DNA from: a virus
Taxonomy: Duplodnaviria; Heunggongvirae; Uroviricota; Caudoviricetes
Virus record (IMG/VR): IMGVR_UViG_2711768076_000016
Direction: 5' to 3' (one strand)
DNA: 29,766 nt
The position numbers and the translations under genes were made by a program. Below are positions 27,605 to 29,766 of this stretch, piece by piece. The stretch's first letter is position 1. Each line of letters opens with the position of its first letter. Below the pieces are notes generated by a model. It searched no databases and was not told the origin of the DNA. It worked only from the letters and a program-made list of their open reading frames with translations.

Positions 27605-27934
27605 TCACTTTTTAATACGTTCAATTTGAATGTTTATTTCCGAAACAATTTTTTCAGGTTTCAGTCCCTCGTTAGATTGCACAAAATCTCTAATTTGCAT
27701 CATTCGATGTGCACAAATTTGTAATTCGCTATAAACACTTAGCTCGTCAGATTCATTTTGAGATTGTTCACCTGTTTAAAATTCTACATAAGTATGTGGC
27801 GGATTGTGATAAACACGAGAAATCGGGGTTGGCCACCATTCCTCACCGGTCACTACGTCCGCATCGAATAGTACAGTTTTGTCAATTTCCATTAATTTCT
27901 GGATAAGAACAGAAGTTTTCAAGCGAACCTCCAT
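27605..27934 (-). pseudogene. Small minus-strand reading frame (about 109 codons) interrupted by one in-frame TAA
   Basis: Hand translation on the minus strand: MEVRLKTSVLIQKLMEIDKTV...HTYVEF, stop at 27776-27778, then TGEQSQNESDELSVYSELQICAHRMMQIRDF...IERIKK. No clear Shine-Dalgarno. Confidence 0.25.
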
Positions 27935-28075
27935 TTTGCCATAAAGTGGTTATCAAAACGCTACGTAAACTATACAAAATCAGCGAGTTATGGTGAAGGT
28001 AAAAAAACAAGTTTAGATGTTCGTTAAGTATAAAATTGTTTTAATTCAATTGGATATAATAATTTTCTAAATCTA

Positions 28076-28240
28076 ATGTTACGCCATATGGGCTGGACTG
28101 AAGCCGCAGACCTGATTGTTAAAGGTATGGAAGGCGCAATCAACGCCAAGACTGTAACCTATGACTTCGAACGTCTGATGGAAGGCGCTAAACTGCTGAA
28201 ATGTTCAGAATTTGGTGATGCGATCATCAAGAACATGTAA
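28076..28240 (+). pseudogene. icd: 3'-terminal fragment of isocitrate dehydrogenase gene (displaced icd end, icdC-like) marking the attR region
   Basis: Encodes [54 protein letters not shown] followed by a stop, which matches the C-terminus of E. coli Icd as I recall it. No upstream icd sequence precedes it; e14-type phages integrate within the icd 3' end. Confidence 0.8.
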
Positions 28241-28263
28241 TCACTACATGTGTTTAATATTGC

Positions 28264-28295
28264 AACGGGCGTATAACACGCCCGTTGTTTTATTT
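28264..28295 (+). terminator. Rho-independent terminator downstream of the icd fragment
   Basis: Stem AACGGGCG / CGCCCGTT with loop TATAACA followed by GTTTTATTT. Confidence 0.6.
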
Positions 28296-28342
28296 ATGTA
28301 GGTATTATTAATAGCATATCGAGCATATTTATATAAAACCCT

Positions 28343-28666
28343 TTACTTGAGCCCATATGGGCATATTTTTATAATGCAACTATTATGCAAACATTTATTT
28401 GTTATTTTGCTTTCTCCTGGAGGACACTCTTGACTGCTTTTGAGTAGACTCCATAAATCCTTGTTGAATGGTGCGATGTTATAAATAGTAATAGGATATT
28501 CTTTATCTTTAAGGATAATTCCAGATTTAACCGGTGTAAATATACTGCCAGGAGGGAGAAATATAGTAGATTGATACCAGATGATCATTTTCATATTACC
28601 CCATATGGCTGAAAAAGATATGCCGCATGAAGGTTGAATTATCGTGTCAATTACTATCCACTTCAT
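28343..28666 (-). CDS. iraM: Anti-adaptor protein IraM-like (107 aa)
   Basis: 107-aa minus-strand ORF ([17 protein letters not shown]...) matching recalled IraM length and sequence character; synteny icd-fragment / iraM / ycgX as in E. coli K-12 downstream of e14. Confidence 0.55.
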   Translation of the reverse strand: MKWIVIDTIIQPSCGISFSAIWGNMKMIIWYQSTIFLPPGSIFTPVKSGIILKDKEYPITIYNIAPFNKDLWSLLKSSQECPPGESKITNKCLHNSCIIKICPYGLK

Positions 28667-29123
28667 TTGTTATGTCTTATCCCACGGTATTTAATATAGT
28701 TCATTTGGATGTTCATTTCTTTATTTTGCATATGAGTATATTACCCCTTCAAAAAATAAATTAATTAAAACGATTGCTTATATAAAACAAAATTTAAAGC
28801 AAGGAATCTCAATGGATGTTAAACAAAATGAGATTTAGTGAAAACAATAAATTATTCACTTCGTTTTAGATTTGTTTAGCTATAATGTTATACATTCAAA
28901 TGACTGAACATCCTGTAATTAAAACATAGCCTTTATGCTACTTTGTGCCAATTTGCTAAACATTATGGTTGCCTTTTTATATAACGATAATAATGAATAT
29001 AAGCATGACATGAGAATAAGGTTTCAATTTTTGAGTTATATAGGAAAGGTTTAACCTGTTCCTGGCTAAAATACATATAACTGGATGATGACTAAACCAA
29101 AACACATGTGCGTTAAGTATTGA

Positions 29124-29152
29124 AACGGGCGTATGGCACACCCGTTGTTTTT
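29124..29152 (+). repeat. Second, diverged copy of the icd-terminator-like element
   Basis: ACATGTGCGTTAAGTATTGAAACGGGCGTATGGCACACCCGTTGTTTTT is about 80% identical to 28246-28292 (ACATGTGTTTAATATTGCAACGGGCGTATAACACGCCCGTTGTTTTA). Confidence 0.45.
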
Positions 29153-29361
29153 ATAAATATATTAACCGTTATAAAATAACGTATAGAAAGTCAAGTGATC
29201 ACATTTCAAATATCAATTTGATAGTATTGGCATGGTGATTATTTATGGGTAGCAATAAAAGGACAGTATTTATCATCCATAGGGATAGTCTCTGTACTTT
29301 TATTCCCATTATGCTAATGCCTTACTGAATTATGAAGCATTTCTTAAGCATCCAACTTTAG

Positions 29362-29766
29362 CTAGATTAATGGTTTATTATTTTCTACATCTTCAATATA
29401 TAAAAGCGTATTATCAATGGCGTAGTAACTGCGTTTGTTATGATTAACATCAGTAACCCACCGGAAAACGCCCGCGCCTGCTAGTGTTGAACAGTATTCC
29501 CGAAATGTAGATTTTCCGCAAATATGAAGCAATGCGGCCTCTTTTATTTTAGCAGGGTTCTTGGTCGTACTAACTTTTAACAGGTTCCTGGTTCCTCTTA
29601 ATAACAAAACCGTGTCATCGTGAGTAATAATTCTGATGTTATCCGTAGCCAGATAATAAATGTAATGTGCAATACGGTGATGTTTTAATTCTGAATAAAA
29701 CCAGGAGAAGTTTTGCTCTTTTCTCACTTGCTCAAACATCTTTTGAAAAACAACGACCTGATCCAT
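29362..29766 (-). CDS. ycgX: YcgX-like protein (134 aa); start codon at the window edge
   Basis: 134-aa minus-strand ORF; length and position downstream of iraM match E. coli ycgX (recalled). AT-rich. Confidence 0.5.
   Translation of the reverse strand: MDQVVVFQKMFEQVRKEQNFSWFYSELKHHRIAHYIYYLATDNIRIITHDDTVLLLRGTRNLLKVSTTKNPAKIKEAALLHICGKSTFREYCSTLAGAGVFRWVTDVNHNKRSYYAIDNTLLYIEDVENNKPLI

Noticed and set aside
27709-27906. + strand ORF 27709..27906 (65 aa)
   Set aside because: Antisense to the longer interrupted minus-strand frame; no ribosome-binding site.
28246-29152. Two similar hairpin-containing repeats as a CRISPR array
   Set aside because: Only two copies about 860 bp apart, terminator-like, with no regular spacing and no cas genes.

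Overview
This window reads as the right-hand ~28 kb of an e14/SfV-like temperate prophage integrated at the 3' end of icd in an Escherichia-type chromosome. All calls are from reading the sequence and ORF track by eye; no homology search was run, so family names are motif- and synteny-based inferences. Order on the + strand: a DUF968-like gene and a Q-type late antiterminator; a self-contained AT-rich moron (89-aa protein plus 268-aa membrane protein); a lysis cassette (two small membrane proteins, GH19-type endolysin, overlapping Rz/Rz1-like spanins); an opposite-strand moron; HNH endonuclease, small and large terminase, portal, prohead protease and HK97-type major capsid; head-tail joining genes; a Mu-like contractile tail module (sheath, tube, frameshifted chaperone, tape measure, circularization protein, baseplate genes) interrupted by one AT-rich moron and by an assembly gap (N run 19635-19691); and a Pin/Gin-type invertible tail-fibre segment (stf-tfa / tfa'-stf') bounded by inverted 26-bp crossover sites. 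The invertase gene beside it is truncated after about 45 codons. Immediately beyond lies an AT-rich cargo block carrying a convergent 629-aa DUF262/DUF1524 (GmrSD-like) putative type IV restriction endonuclease, which is the strongest candidate for the system of interest. The prophage ends at a displaced icd 3' fragment (28076-28240, attR) with its terminator, followed by chromosomal iraM-like and ycgX-like genes.
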